A stretch of DNA of 64,000 nt from Eledone cirrhosa (lineage: Eukaryota), in assembly GCA_964016885.1 (NCBI GenBank), contig OZ024753.1, forward strand, positions 29,884,001 to 29,948,000, written 5' to 3'. A program made the position numbers and the translations under genes. Shown here one piece after another: positions 40,851-54,270 of this stretch; position 1 is the first letter of the stretch, and every line of letters starts with the position of its first letter. The notes below the pieces were generated by a model. The model was not told the DNA's origin. It searched no databases and saw only the letters and a program-made list of their open reading frames with translations.

Positions 40851-41821
40851 ATACATGATATATTTATGTTATATAATCAAAGTATATCAAATTATCATTT
40901 GGTTTATTTTTATTTTTTAAAGGAGACTTTAAAAAGTAAACACCAGAATGCATTGTTTATATGTAGCTTGAAAATTTCAATATTGAATCGTATTACAGTT
41001 TTTGAGCAATTTATATGGTTTTTATTTTGATTATTATTATTATTATTATTATTATAAAATAATGATAGGATTGATATAAAAAAATTTGTGAAATTTTTTT
41101 TATCACCCTTGACTAATTTCTATCAAGCATCTTTAAAAAAAAGAGAGAAACTGCAGTTTGTATCTTGAGTTTAGACACAAAATCTTGATCCGATCAATCC
41201 TCGTGCAATTTTGGTTGTTATTTATTTATTATTTATTTTTTTTAAAATTTAATACAATTTTTAGTATAACACCTGCCGCATTGATTTGTAGTCGTTACAA
41301 GACTTCCATTGTTTTGTTTATTATTTTCATCATCATCATCTTTCTCGTTTGTTTTGATGTCTTTCTTTTTTTTCCTTTGGTTACTAACATCAAATTTAAC
41401 ACTCATGACTGTAGTATATACACTGAATCAAATTTTGTTATCGGTATTGTTGAATAACATTAGTCAGCTTCTACCTAAGCAAATCTAGGACTAGAAGACA
41501 GCCAATTGAATATTTTGAAATGAATTACAGAACCAACTTTTTTGTAATGCTATGCTTTTGTCTGCTCAAATATAATGCTGTACACACCAAGTTGTTTAGA
41601 CTCAAATCAACCATGATGAAACAAACCTATAATCAGTGGATTTACAGCTGTGACCAGCCTATCTTTTTAGAAGTATCTATGACAATATCTAATGTATCTT
41701 CTCTGTTTATAAGATAGTAGATTTATTGGACTTTGGTTTTTAGAAAATTGAACAACCATGTAGTCACCCTCTCATAGTACAAGATGTCATGAAGTAGTGA
41801 AAGAAAAAATAAATGACTTAA

Positions 41822-42454
41822 CCCTTTAGCATTTACGTTATGGAGGCACATGGCTTAGTGGTTAGAGCATTGGCCTTGCAATCGAAAGGTTGTGAGTTCA
41901 ATTCTCAGACCGGGTGATGTGTTGTTTCCTTGAGCAAGACTCTTTATTTCACATTGCTCCAGTTTACTTAGCTGTAGAAATGAGATGATAGGGACTGGGG
42001 GTCCATATTATTCCACTGCAAAGTGGTTGTGGAGGTGCCACGGCAAAAAAGCACCCAGCACTCACTTTAAATGAGGTTGGTGTTAGGAAGGGCATCCTGC
42101 TGTAGAAATCAAGCCAGAATCAGTTTCCGTCCCACCCTTGCAAGCAGGGAAAAGCGGACGTAAAATGATGATGATGATGATGTTACTCTATATATCTTTA
42201 TTAACTTTGATAGGTTTTGGCTAGTATTGGCCCAGGCCATGTCTAACTTAATTGCACCACCTATTGTATATTTGTGGTAAAGGCTTTATCTCACATAATT
42301 ATTTCATATAAAATCAAATCTATCGGATTTTGATATTATTTATTTTGAGAATAATACCTTAAAATGATCAGTATGAGTGGCTGGTTGTGGGTGGTTTGAA
42401 CAGAAAAAGGTGAGAGAATTCTGGCTGGATATGGCCAGTTTAAATGCTAAAGGG
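41822..42454. mobile_element. piggyBac-type MITE interrupted by a SINE
   Basis: TTAA|CCCTTTAGCATTTA ... TAAATGCTAAAGGG|TTAA with the SINE nested at 41841-42182. Confidence 0.8.
41841..42182 (+). mobile_element. tRNA-derived CORE-like SINE with RTE-type 3' tail
   Basis: A box TGGCTTAGTGG, B box GAGTTCAATTC, CCTTGAGCAAGAC core, GTTGGTGTTAGGAAGGGCATCC and GGACGTAAAAT(GAT)n shared with the RTE 3' UTR. Confidence 0.85.
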
Positions 42455-43590
42455 TTAACTTCTTGTAACGATTTAGCAGAAAATCTCTTTAAAAAACTCC
42501 CCCCAAACAAACAAGGGTTTGTTAATTCAAATGTTTATAGTATCTTTACTAGTGGACAGATCATTGTAAACATTTCTAGCATTCAGGTAAAAACTTCAAT
42601 TTTTAATGTGATGCAGTCATAGTGTTGTTTTGTACTTCTGAAGAATTTCTTGCTTGTGTGGTTTAGTTGGGTACAGGACTTTGAGTTAATGTAGGATGTC
42701 AACGATTATTTTGTCTACATTTACTATTTGCTGTTGTGATCTGATGAAACTGTATTACAACCAGCTGTATTTTCTTCAATGTAACCACCTCATTATTTGC
42801 CATTTATTATCATTATCAATGTGGTTGTTAAGTTGAGAACAATACCTTATATGTAAAATTGGAATATTTACCTCAGCAATAAAGTCCCGTTAAAGCAGAA
42901 AATTGCAATGTTTAAGGGATGTAGAGAAAATAAATGTTTATATTGTGCAATGCTTGTGACAAGTAAAGAACATGTTAAACCAGACAGCGATGATGATGAT
43001 GATGATATCACCTGCAAATGAAATGTTTACTTTAAGGATGTTGTGGAGAAAAAGAATCACCTTATGTAATATCTTTGTTTTGCAAGTAAACATTATGCTT
43101 ATGTAAACGTTTCAGTTTCTTCAATTTAAATTTGATTCTGCTTCTTAGATGTCTCAGATTACATAACAGATTGGTCCGTGCTTGGCCCTCTTTGGAACCT
43201 TTCAATTTCAATTTCTTCTAGTTGAATGGAAATTTCTGGAAATGCACTAACTTTAATAGATGAAATGTAAAATTCTATCCCACCACTGTCTTTAGTTAAA
43301 AATCTTCTACTCTTAGTCTATTTAGACGAAGTTAGGAATTAAAGGTGGCATGGTTTGGTATAGTGCAACTCTGATGGTCTAACTGGCAAGTAATTTGAAA
43401 ACAGAGCTTTTTAATTTTAAAGCTAACTTTATATTTGAGTTAGAGAAAAGTGCCTCCAGCTTCTATGAACACTACACCTGTCTATCAAACAGTGTAGTTT
43501 AGTACTCTTTTTACACAAGTCTTTGTTTATAATAAATCATAAATGGGTGGGGACTGAGCAAATGTGATTTAAAAAAAAATAACAGTTTAA

Positions 43591-43811
43591 CCCTTTACCA
43601 TTTACATTACTCTATATTTATTATTATATTTTCGCAGTAAAGGTTTTATCTTGTATAATTATCTCAAATAATATTGAAGCTACGAGATTTTGATATTATT
43701 TATTTTGAGAACAATACCTTAATGTCAGTATGAGTGGCCAGTTACAGCCGGTTTGAACAGAAAGAGGTGAGAGAATTCTGGCCAGATATGGCCGGTTTAA
43801 ATACTAAAGGG
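43591..43811. mobile_element. piggyBac-type MITE
   Basis: TTAA TSDs, CCC...GGG termini, 14-bp TIRs. Confidence 0.82.
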
Positions 43812-43963
43812 TTAAATATATTTCTATTGCCATTACAAAGAATATGAATCTGATAAAATGAATTAAATTTCTCTTTTATAAAAGTTTTGTAACAATATAT
43901 TTTTAATGAACAATCACTTTTAAAACATCTAATAGTAATCATTATTTTGGTTTTTGGTTCCAG

Positions 43964-44052
43964 ACAGTCACCATGGAAGTTTTAGTGGTCCAGGAATTCA
44001 ACATTCATCCTCATTTTATTCAAGTGTCATTACAGAAGATTCTGGTAGAAAA
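43964..44052 (+). CDS. Candidate 89-nt exon of an unidentified host gene
   Basis: Acceptor ttttggttccag| and donor |gtgagt. Open as xSHHGSFSGPGIQHSSSFYSSVITEDSGRK, and also open from an ACCATGG in a second frame. No repeat similarity seen in this window. Confidence 0.4.
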
Positions 44053-44978
44053 GTGAGTAAGATTTTCCAAATTAATTTCCAGCATTTGAAAATGTTGTAA
44101 TACTAACAATTTTATAGAAACACCTATTTACAATTATTATATTTTACATATTTTATCTCTTAATTATAAACTATTACTCACCTTTTGCTACTGCTGCTGA
44201 ATACAGTTTTAATTTAATAGTTTTGCATGGATTCCGCCATTAAAAATTTATTAGCACCACACAATTAAAGTTTGCTGGTGAAATTTACTTTAATTAATGT
44301 TACCAGGCACATATGCTGATATACACACTCACACACACATATACATATGTATGTGTGTGTATATATAGTAATCTATCAAGTTTTCTGAATTATTATTGTT
44401 TACCACAAACTCCACTTATCTTGTGACTAGTGACAACTTCCTCTAGTATGCCAATAGTGTACCATATGTTTCCAACTATATTCAATGCTAACTTCATTAA
44501 TTTCCTTATTACTGGAGCCATATGGTTCCACGTGTAACTCTATAATATTTGTAGATTATCTGCTTGATTGACTGCATTTGAAATTTTATGTTAGTATTAG
44601 ACACCAATACTTTAAAAACACACACACTCATGTGCATGCACACACACACATGCACACAAGGTTCTGAACAAACAGTTTGAGATGATAAATGCTCAACTAA
44701 GGAGTAAACTGAAACATTTATTAAAAATACTCTCTTTGTATTACAATACACAGCTGTACACTTATATATGAGCTAATAAACAAGTTTGCTATAATGCCAT
44801 ACAGAACACTTTTAAACAATTGTAGCCAACTGTTACAACAATAGAAGCTAGGCAACAGTTTGTTTTGTTTTTGTTATGGGTTTGTCATTAAAACTGTGGC
44901 TGAATATTATATTTGGGGAGAGTCATGTTGTTTTAATATTGCCAGAAATATATAATATATACCTGAATATTATCTATC

Positions 44979-45251
44979 TATCTATATGTATATATATAAA
45001 CGAAAATGTCTGTATGTCTGTCTTTCTATGCAAGTGATGCATTTCCACAGTTTCCATCTGATTTTGTTCAAATTTGATACATAGGTTATTTAGCTCCTGA
45101 AGAATGTCAACATATAGTTTTAATCTTGCTGTCCCTTAAAATAGCAGAGTTCCTGGGCTATTTAAAGATAGCTATGTTGAGGAGAGAAGGGGGTCTTTAT
45201 TTACAGTGGCGAAAGGTGTGCCTGGCAACAACGACAGACTCTTTTGTTAGT
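44979..45251 (+). mobile_element. Probable non-autonomous Helitron
   Basis: 5' TCTATAT..ATATAAA..AAAATGTCTGTATGTCTGTC and a degenerate 3' hairpin followed by TTAGT. Absent from the paralogous duplicate. Confidence 0.45.
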
Positions 45252-45588
45252 TATTAAATAAAATATATTTAATTTAATAGCCATTTTTGTTTCTTTCAGC
45301 TCTTATCATTCATCAAAAGGTGTTTGTCTTATCTGTAAATGAAACGTCTACAAGATAATGATAAATAGCAAAAGGTTGTCTTGATGATAATGTATACAAT
45401 GTTGTTGAACATTTTATTGTTGTTTTAAAAGCTTAGGATTTTGGGCCTTCATCATCTGAATAGATCTGGTTAGAAATTAGAAATAACAAAAGTATTTTGC
45501 AATTTTTCTTCATTCTTTGTTTTTAATTATTATTACCAATTAACAGTTTATAACACATAATGCCTAATACTATTTCTGAATTAGTGAT

Positions 45589-45655
45589 ATACAGCTGACC
45601 TAAGGATTATGGACCTAATCCATGAGTCTTGCGTTGTGCTCTAGGCAGTCTGTGT
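45589..45655 (+). ncRNA. Candidate pre-miRNA-like hairpin, copy 1
   Basis: ACAG-CUG-CCUA...UAGG-CAG-CUGU long imperfect hairpin, conserved between duplicates. Confidence 0.35.
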
Positions 45656-46342
45656 TTAACTAAGTTTATCCATCTATGTCAGTATTGCTTATAAACAATC
45701 ATATTTATAATATGTTCTGAGTTCAAATCCTGCTTTGCCTTTCATCCTTACATGGTCAATAAAATAAAGTACCAGTAATACAATGAGGTTGATTTAATCG
45801 ACTTTCCCCTCCCCCCAAATTGGATGAAAGGCAAAGTTAACCTCAGCGGGATTTGAACTCAGATCATAAAGGGCCGTAACTCTATGCTGCAAAGCATGGG
45901 GTCCGACCCTCTACCGACACTGCCAATCCATCACCCTTATAATATTCATAATAACATGTTCACAGAACACTTTTAAACAATTCACAAAAATAGAATAATA
46001 GAAAACGCAGCAGTTTGTTTCTATTTTGTAGTCATAAATTACTCATAAAAATTACAACTGGATATGAAATAAAACAGCTTACACCTAATTTAACCTTTAC
46101 TCCTTATCATTAACCAGAAGTTATTGCATTCAACCTTTTGATAATAACCTGGCCGAAACTGACATTGGTTCTATGAAACAAAATCAAGCATTTTAAAGGG
46201 TTCCTATTAAAATTTAGATCTTCCTACATAATTTTATTTAAGAACTATTTAAGTTATTACCTTAGTAATGACATATTTAGTAATTTTAGTAAGCTCCTCA
46301 AAATTCTTCATTAATTAATTGAAATAGAATGTACTACATTAA

Positions 46343-46539
46343 CCCTTTATCATTTACATTACTCTATATTTACTATTGTATTTTCATGGTAAAGGATTTA
46401 TCTCACATAATATTGAATCTATGAGATTTTGATATTATTTATTTTGATAACAATACCTTAACATAAGTATGAGTGGCCAGTTACAGCCGATTTGAACAGA
46501 GAGAGGTTAGAGAATTCCGGCCATATGCAGCCTAAAGAG
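46343..46539. mobile_element. piggyBac-type MITE nested in an older TTAA element (~46130-46566)
   Basis: TTAA|CCCTTTA start, family interior, CTAAAGAG|TTAA end. Confidence 0.72.
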
Positions 46540-46788
46540 TTAAACATACAGCCATAAAAGGGTTAACTATTGTAATAATTGTAACTGAAAAGTCTACAAG
46601 ATAAGAACAGTGAAATGTTGTCTTGATAATGTATACAATCTTGTTGGACATTGACTATTGTTTTAAAAGCCCAGGATTTGAAGCTTTCATAATCCAAATA
46701 GATTTAGTTTAAAACTACAGATAACAAAAGTATTTTGCAGTTTTTCTTCATTCTTTATAATACCTAATACTATTTTTGAATTAGTAAT

Positions 46789-46855
46789 ATACAGCTGACC
46801 TAAGGATTATGGATCTAATCCTTGAGTCTTGCGTTATGCTCTAGGCAGTCTGTGT
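46789..46855 (+). ncRNA. Candidate pre-miRNA-like hairpin, copy 2
   Basis: Three differences from copy 1 within the hairpin, all compatible with the fold. Confidence 0.35.
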
Positions 46856-47283
46856 TTAACTGAGTTTATCCATCAAAGTCAATCTAGCTGAAAATATCTG
46901 TTGTATACATTATACATTTGTTTTTTTTTTCAGTATTAGAAAGGGACTTCCAACTGAAAAATAAATTATGCTAATGTCTAAATTTATAGAACTATCGAAC
47001 CATATTTGAATGGCACAGCAGCTTTCTGTTATAACATTATAATATAAAATATGGTTTCTGGGAATTAATTTTTAACATCCAGTACCACATGAAACTACAT
47101 TAATAAAGACATTTTTGAAAAGTATAGAACATTACTATCTATAACTATATCAAATTGAAATTTGAAGTCCTTACTCTAAAACAGAAATTTTTCACAATGG
47201 TTTTTCCAGTAGTAGAGATGGTATAAACATTTGAATTAACGAACCTGTTTTTAGATATTTTTGGAAAATCATTACAGAGTTAA

Positions 47284-47504
47284 CCCTTTAGCATTTACAT
47301 TACTCTACTATTATATTATTGCTGTAAAGGCTTTACCTTACATAGTTATCTCAAATAATATTGAATCTACGTGATTTTAATGATGTTATTATTTATTTCG
47401 AGAAGAATACCTTAATGTTGGTATAAGCAGCTGGTTATGGCCGGTTTGAACAGAAAGAGGTAAGAGAATTCAGGCCAGATATGGCCAGTTTAAATGCTAA
47501 AGGG
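47284..47504. mobile_element. piggyBac-type MITE, best-preserved copy
   Basis: Perfect 14-bp TIRs CCCTTTAGCATTTA / TAAATGCTAAAGGG with TTAA on both sides. Partial copies near 38392, 49700 and 59040. Confidence 0.88.
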
Positions 47505-47887
47505 TTAAAATATGTTAAGAGAATTTGTTTATCCAACTTTAAAATTGTCCATTGGATAAAACTATCTTACTTTAAAACAATAAAATAAATTTCCTTCTTG
47601 TAAATAAAGAATATCCATAAGTGGCTTCCATCTCCTTAAGAATCAACATCTGGGAATGAACAGGTTTTAGCAAGATTCCTTTTCTTTTAATTATTTTCTA
47701 AAATTGTCCTTAAATTATTTGTTTTATTTGTTACACCATTTTCAATGTTGGACTTGATGAGAAAGTAAGTGGCCTACTCTCTAGAGACGAGAAAAATAAA
47801 TGCAAGTTTCTTTGCACCCGAATGTTTTCTTTATACGTCACTTTGTTGTTGATTACCAAAGAGCTGGCATACTAACATGATAATGGT

Positions 47888-48067
47888 CCCTTCTTTCGGT
47901 AGCTTAAAAATTCTTCATTTAAACATTAATTCTCACAAATATATTTGGCTTTTTTCTGAAATATAATTTTTAAAGCTGTCCTTTCTTTCTGTAGCTTAGG
48001 AATTCTTCATTTAAACATTAATTCTCTCAAATAGATTTGATTTTTTTTCTGAAATACGATTTTTAAA
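47888..48067. repeat. Tandem duplication, ~95-bp unit x2
   Basis: GTAGCTTA..AATTCTTCATTTAAACATTAATTCTC.CAAATA occurs twice. Confidence 0.8.
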
Positions 48068-48931
48068 ACAAAATTGAAATTATTATTATTTTTTTTTTTT
48101 GTACAATTTTCATGGTAGTAATTTAATGTTTTCCTTCCTTTTAATTTTACTGATTTTTTGTCACTTTTTTTGAAAACTTAATTTAAAATTACTTATAGAA
48201 ATTTCCACTATGTGAAGTGAAAGTAATTCATATTTGTACCTCCATAAAGAATTCATAGTCGCTTGAGAGACTTTTGGTTGCAGCCAATTTAACAGAGAAG
48301 GTTAAGGCAACGCCAGTGTACTAGTATGATAGAAAGGCTCTATATGAATATTTCCATGGGGATTCTAATTTTGTAATAGCTAAGAGCTGAAAGGAACCAT
48401 TTTATGATTCATAGAATGAGTAGAATGGATATAGAGTATAGTAAACTTGAATTTTTCTTTACAAGACCTGTAGTTAATAGTCCCCTTTTATTTAAAAATG
48501 GAAATTCCATTTAGAAAACCTTATTGATGAAAACTGCTGAGATTTCTGAAATCCATATTTTTTTCTGAGTAATGCTACTATATAAAAGAGAGATGTATGT
48601 AGTTTCTATCTATTGAAAGGGGACTATTACAATTTAATCACCCATTTAACTACAGTTTTTTTAAATTAAAATATTCTTTTTTTACTACATAAATACTTAG
48701 TTCTGCACTGTTTGTCTTCTTTTGTGTTGGTTTTCTTGGCCAGCTTTTCTTTCTCTTATTAATTCATGCAATAAATTACATACATCTTTTGCATGTGTAT
48801 AATCTTATATACATATACGTTTCTAAATATATAATTATGAGTGTGTGTGTGTGTACATACACACACATATATCATCATCATCATGTGCCTGCTGTTCCAT
48901 GCTTGCATGGGTTGAACCATATTTATATATA

Positions 48932-49008
48932 CAGGGTGTCCTCCAAAAATGTATACACTTTTATTAGAATGGTGTTGAAATGTGTATACATGTTTGGAGG
49001 ACATCCTA
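48932..49008. mobile_element. Tc1/mariner-type MITE
   Basis: TA|CAGGGTGTCCTCCAAA...TTTGGAGGACATCCTA|TA. Confidence 0.65.
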
Positions 49009-51167
49009 TATATATATATATTATATATATGAGAGAGAGAGAGATTTAAAGACATGTATGTAGGTGTGTTTGTGTGGCTGGGGGCTGGGTTAACTAACCC
49101 ATTAAATCCATACCATGATTTTATGTATCTCACATCATTAGTAAACATAGAAATAATAGTGCTTGCGAAGCATTTTAACTAGAAATTTTTTTTTTGTTCT
49201 CACAGAGGGAAGCTGCTTTTGGTTGTAGTCTAGAATGGATACAGCATTGTATGGTATATGGATATTTTTCTGTTAATTAGAGGCTACATCCTCTAGACCT
49301 AATAGGTCCCCTTGGTTACCTCTAAGAAACCATGACGTAATTTAATGGTCTGTTTAGCTGAACATGAATATATATAATATTGAATGATTATATATACCAC
49401 CCTACTAATGTGTTATCAGTGCCTTAATGGTCTTGAATGTAAAACCGTTTGTGTGTTAGTACATGCATTAAGGCTGGTCTTGTCATATTCTGTGCCACAC
49501 CGAATCTCCCTGAGAACCACTTTAAGGGTATGCGTGTTTGTGGAATGCTTAGCCACTAGCATGTTAATTTCACGAGCAGGCTGTTCCATTGATCGGATCA
49601 ACGGGAACACTCGTCGTCGTAGCCGACGGAGTGCCTTCCACATGCATTAAAAAAAATTCTTTTGTCTGGGGAAAAGGGAGTTATATCTGGCATTTCGAGG
49701 TCTTCCATACATCGGTATGAGCGACTGGTTACAGCTAGTTTGAACTGAAAGAGGTGAGAGAAACCTGGCCAGACATGGCCGTTTTAAATGCTAAAGTGTT
49801 AAATTAATAGACCAAAGTAGAATTAACAGAGAAGGATAATTTCCATACATTAGCATAAGGAAGAACAAAAGAATCTAAAATATTAATTCCTGGGAGAAGT
49901 AACATCAGAAATGGTACTACTGAACTATACCACTTCTCAACCATGAGAAAAAGATGTTCCTATCTATTGAATTGGTTAACGGATAGCCAACCTCTCATTG
50001 TACCTTTTTTTTTTAAACTAAAAAGAGAAAATATCAAAGGAAACTGTTTATATTATAACTTGAACATATTTTTTAGCAGTATGATAAAATTGCTTTTCTT
50101 ATTTTAGTAAGATATTTCTTTTCTAATATATATTTGCATTTTTCTGGAATTTCTTTTAGAAGATTGCACTCTAAAGTTTTTATAGTTGCACTGAGAGAAC
50201 CAGCCTAGTCAAAGATTGTTAACTTGGATAGAATCCCAGACTATAGTGCCTACTTTATCTTGAGAGCACTTGATTCTCTATACTTGTTTATTCTTTGTTA
50301 GTGTTTGCATTAGAATTGGCATAATCAGAGACAAAGCCAGTAGTAGCTACAGTAACAAAACAGTTTGCAATATATTATCTGAATATATTAAGCTACTGAC
50401 TGGGAATAAGTGTATAAGAAGTCATCAAATAACTGAAATATGTTGATGGCTTCGTTAGTCATTGATCAAGAAAAGGAAAGTGGATTCTATGAAAATACAA
50501 TGTGGTTTAAGTATAAGGTAGATAAAGGAACCAGAGAGGAATATTTAAAATTCTGTTGGCTTTATGAATATTGTATGTGCAAAGCTGCTTCTGGACAACT
50601 AAACTTAATATTTCAAGAAAAAAATGCTGAAAATAGTATAAATATTATTTATTAACATGGTCCCTTTTGTAGCTAGAATGATTGCCTTCAAGGGAATCAA
50701 AGAAATATTTACAGCTGATATATATATTTTTTGATTCAGAAAAATATGTGAAATAAAGACTGTAGGTTTTATTATATATTGTTTAGTAGAAGTTTGAAAT
50801 ATGTTGAATGGTAAGTTAATAATTTACTAAAGAAACATAATTGACATAATTTGTAAATATACAAATAATGTGTGTGTGTAATGGAGGAAAGCATATAATA
50901 TTATTTCGTTTGTTTTAAAATTATCATTATATGTAAGTACCTCAAGATGTTAATGTTGCTTATACATTTCCTATTGGCTCCATATCCATGGACAATCCTG
51001 TTTATGTATCTTATACATCTTCAGCATGAAAGAGTAGAGAGCCAATTAATTGATTATATTATATTACCCATATAGTTTCCATTTGAAATCAGAAGCTATG
51101 ATCTAGAAATACACACGCACACACACAACTATTTATATTTTGAATCTTTTATCTTGGTAAGATTTAA

Positions 51168-51373
51168 CCCTTTAACATTTACATTACTCTATATACTATT
51201 GTATTGGTGTGGTAAAGGCTTTGTCTTTCATAATTATCTTACATAATATTGAATCTACGAGATTTTGATGTTATTATTTTGAGAACAATACCTTAATGTC
51301 AATATGAGCAGCCTGTTTGAACTAAAAGGTGAGAGAATTCTGGCGAGATATGGTCGGTTTAAATACTAAAGGG
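51168..51373. mobile_element. piggyBac-type MITE
   Basis: TTAA TSDs, CCC/GGG termini, family interior. Confidence 0.8.
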
Positions 51374-52213
51374 TTAATGCTTAATACTAAACTGGTTGAT
51401 TATGATATTTAAGAGAAAACACTGTTCCAGTTTGTTAAATTTATATTCTAGTATAAAACATTTATTGTGATATGTAATAGTAGAAATCTATGTAATTTAA
51501 ACCAATAGCTTAAATCTTGAATGAGACACCTGCAAGGGTATTGTTTATCAAAGTTAGGCTGGAGAAGAATTTGTTCATCAAGTGAAGGTGTTGATATTGG
51601 CCAAATAAGTACAACGAGGGCAAAGTTATAATTTGAATCCTGAAGGTTGGCATTTCAAATTGTGAGTTGTCTGCTTAACTGAAGAAATAAAGTTAATGAT
51701 GTGAGTACTGTAAATAACTAACGTTAGCATGACACCAAAGTAAGTTATTCAGCTCTCTCTCTCTCTCTCTTTTTCTCTCTAGCTTTTTTGGGAAAGAGTA
51801 GTTCAGCCAAAACCTAACCAGTACCTGTGATGTGATACAAACTCGGAACTCTTCTGCAAAGGGGAGGCCAACTGCTTATCTCCTATTTGGCACAGCAGCA
51901 TGTGTCATTGTATCAAAGATAAGCTTCTCACAAACCTAGTTTGCAACCCAGTTTTTATTCCCAATTGTGGTTATTTCACATCATTTTATATGAGTAATGT
52001 TTCAAAAGGAGATATGAACCATAATTCTAATCCCCACTCTAAAAATCTTTGTTTTCATATCTTTCTAGAGAAGGCAATAAGAAACTGCTCCAGTCTATTC
52101 TCCTTGAGACACTGTGATAGAATTATATCATGTGTATATCCATAAATAGATATGACTAATATATAAATAAACACACACACATATATATATATATAATATG
52201 TGTGTGTGTGTAT

Positions 52214-52383
52214 CCCAGGTTAAATAACCACAGTAAGTAAGGTACTCAATACATAGTAGAGTATAAATATTTAATATAGAAATGGCTTCTACAGGACTAG
52301 AACCGTTTCATTCGAAGGAAATCATCAGGAAAGCCCTGATGATTTCCTTCGAATGAAACAATTCTAGTCCTGTAGAAGCCATT

Positions 52384-52392
<9 letters not shown>
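52214..52392. mobile_element. Fold-back Penelope pseudo-LTR remnant with hammerhead cores on both strands
   Basis: 58-bp arms 52272-52329 / 52335-52392 (2 mismatches), each with CTGATGA...GAAAC. An older relative lies at 61835-61970. Confidence 0.75.
52284..52335 (-). ncRNA. Type I hammerhead ribozyme motif
   Basis: Stem I GGC(U)UUC/GAAGCC, CUGAUGA, U-UUC-cuuc-GAA-U, GAA, stem III ACGG/CUGU, GUA triplet. Confidence 0.7.
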
Positions 52393-52416
<24 letters not shown>

Positions 52417-52421
<5 letters not shown>

Positions 52422-52600
52422 GTTTCTACTTTAGGCACAAGGCCAGCAATTACCCAGTGCATTACTGGTACTTTATTTTATCGACCCCGTAAGGATGAAA
52501 GACAAAGTCAACCTCGGCGGGATTTGAACTCAGATCGTAAAGGGACGTAACTATGCTGGAGAGCATGGCGTCCGACCCTCTACTGATACTGGCAATCCAA
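52417..52600 (-). mobile_element. Meta/MESC-like SINE
   Basis: Reverse complement of the 8980 family. Further copies or fragments near 4742, 24970, 27936, 32370, 45714-45938 and 61977. Confidence 0.75.
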
Positions 52601-52620
52601 TATATATAATATATAAAGTA

Positions 52621-52679
52621 CAGATTAAAGTTTAAGCAAAGAATCGCTGCTTTCACCCTTTATGGGATCTTCTAAAACT
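52621..52679 (-). ncRNA. Isolated copy of the variant hammerhead from the 34919 Penelope family
   Basis: AGUUU-UAGAAGA-U-CCC-auaaa-GGG-U-GAAAGCA...UGCU-U-AAACU. Stems conserved, loop II changed. Confidence 0.55.
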
Positions 52680-52755
52680 CTTATTACTATATATATATAT
52701 ATATATCATCATTTCATTTTACGTCCGCTTTTCCCTGCTTGCAAGGGTGGGACCA

Positions 52756-52788
<33 letters not shown>

Positions 52789-54234
52789 CATACACATATA
52801 CATACAGAGAGAAATAAAGAGAGTGTGAGAGAGAAAGAGAGACAGGCTCTCATATACTTATTGCTCCTAGCTGATCAGTTTTGTTGTTAACTATTAACTT
52901 TGTCTACTAACCAACTAGACTGAAAAGTTTCTTTCTGCCACATGCAGTACATTATTATAAACTAATCACATCACTATACATTGTGCTATGGTATTGCCTT
53001 TAACAATAGAGAGATTTCACCTATTTCTTTCGTTTGTTTTGATAGTAGTTGTTGTTGTTGTTCATGTGGACAATCATCAGAAACAAGCTTACTGTGCTCA
53101 CACAATGGTATGGAGTATTTTCTATAGTTAAGGATTAATAAATAGAAAAACAACAGAGAAAATATTATTCAGGATTGAGTTACAGAGAAGTAAATAAGCC
53201 ATGTGATACAGACATGTATGTTTAATATATGTATTTTGGAAGTTATTTCTTGGTTAGTGAATAGCAAGCCAAATAACAAGGAAAATGTTTATGAATTGAG
53301 TATTTATTGATAATTCTCTAGCTTATACAGCAGTTGGTACATTTTTGCTTCTACAGATATTGGCTTTATACTATAGAAGTTGTATGTGTAACATTCTACT
53401 GGAAACATTGCAGATTATCAACTGTTTTCTGTAAATGTTAAGTCCTCTGTTTTGCACTTGAGTGCATATTTTATTGCAATCGATGGTGAGATTCTTTTGT
53501 ATGGTGGTTTACTCATAATTTTGTCATGCTTGCCTGGTCCTTGAAAATAAATGAACAAAAAATATTGAACTGGTTTTTAGATAAAAACCAGGTCAAAATG
53601 CTGATTACTGCGACTTCTTCAAACCTGTTACCAAAAGCTGTACAGTATTAGAATATCCATGTTATTGTATATTTAAGTGTAGTAGATGTTTGTTATATAT
53701 ATATTTTTTTATTTGTTTGGTTGTTTGTTTATATTGTTATTTGTTTGTTTAAGGAGAAATTATAGAAAGTGGCTGTTACTAGAAGGGAGACTTTTTCTCA
53801 TGCTCTGCTGGCAATGGTGATCAGATACACCAGCTTTTAAAAGAGTTACTTCTGGTTAAATGTCAGGGGATGAACCAAACCATCTGTCATGTTTCCATAA
53901 AGATATCACGGCTAGAAAATAATAAAGAAATAATAGAGAAATAGAAGAAAAAAAAGAAAAGATCTTGACTTAAAAATTGATGCTAAAACTGAGAACATTT
54001 CCAAATGTATGTTTAGAAAATTGCTTGCCATAATGACATATTGGTATCGTCCATTGTTGCAGGTGAATTTTGCTTGGATGTGGAAACATTTTCAAACAAA
54101 TAATATATACATATATAAATATAAAATGTGGATATTTTCTATTTGAAAGTAAAGGCAGCAAATCCTTTTGGAATGTGGGTTCACAGCATTTCACAGCTGC
54201 ATATATTATGTAGTTAACACACCATCATCATATT

Positions 54235-54270
<36 letters not shown>

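Larger units (their letters stand above)
44801..46874. repeat. Old tandem duplication (~44801-45674 and ~45962-46874) with copy-specific TE insertions
   Basis: Shared anchors ACAGAACACTTTTAAACAATT, GTCTACAAGATAA, ATAACAAAAGTATTTTGCA and a 118-nt near-identical terminal block. Confidence 0.8.

Noticed and set aside
41841-41912. tRNA gene (also 55114 and 55577)
   Set aside because: A and B boxes are present, but there is no complete cloverleaf and the sequence continues into a SINE body.
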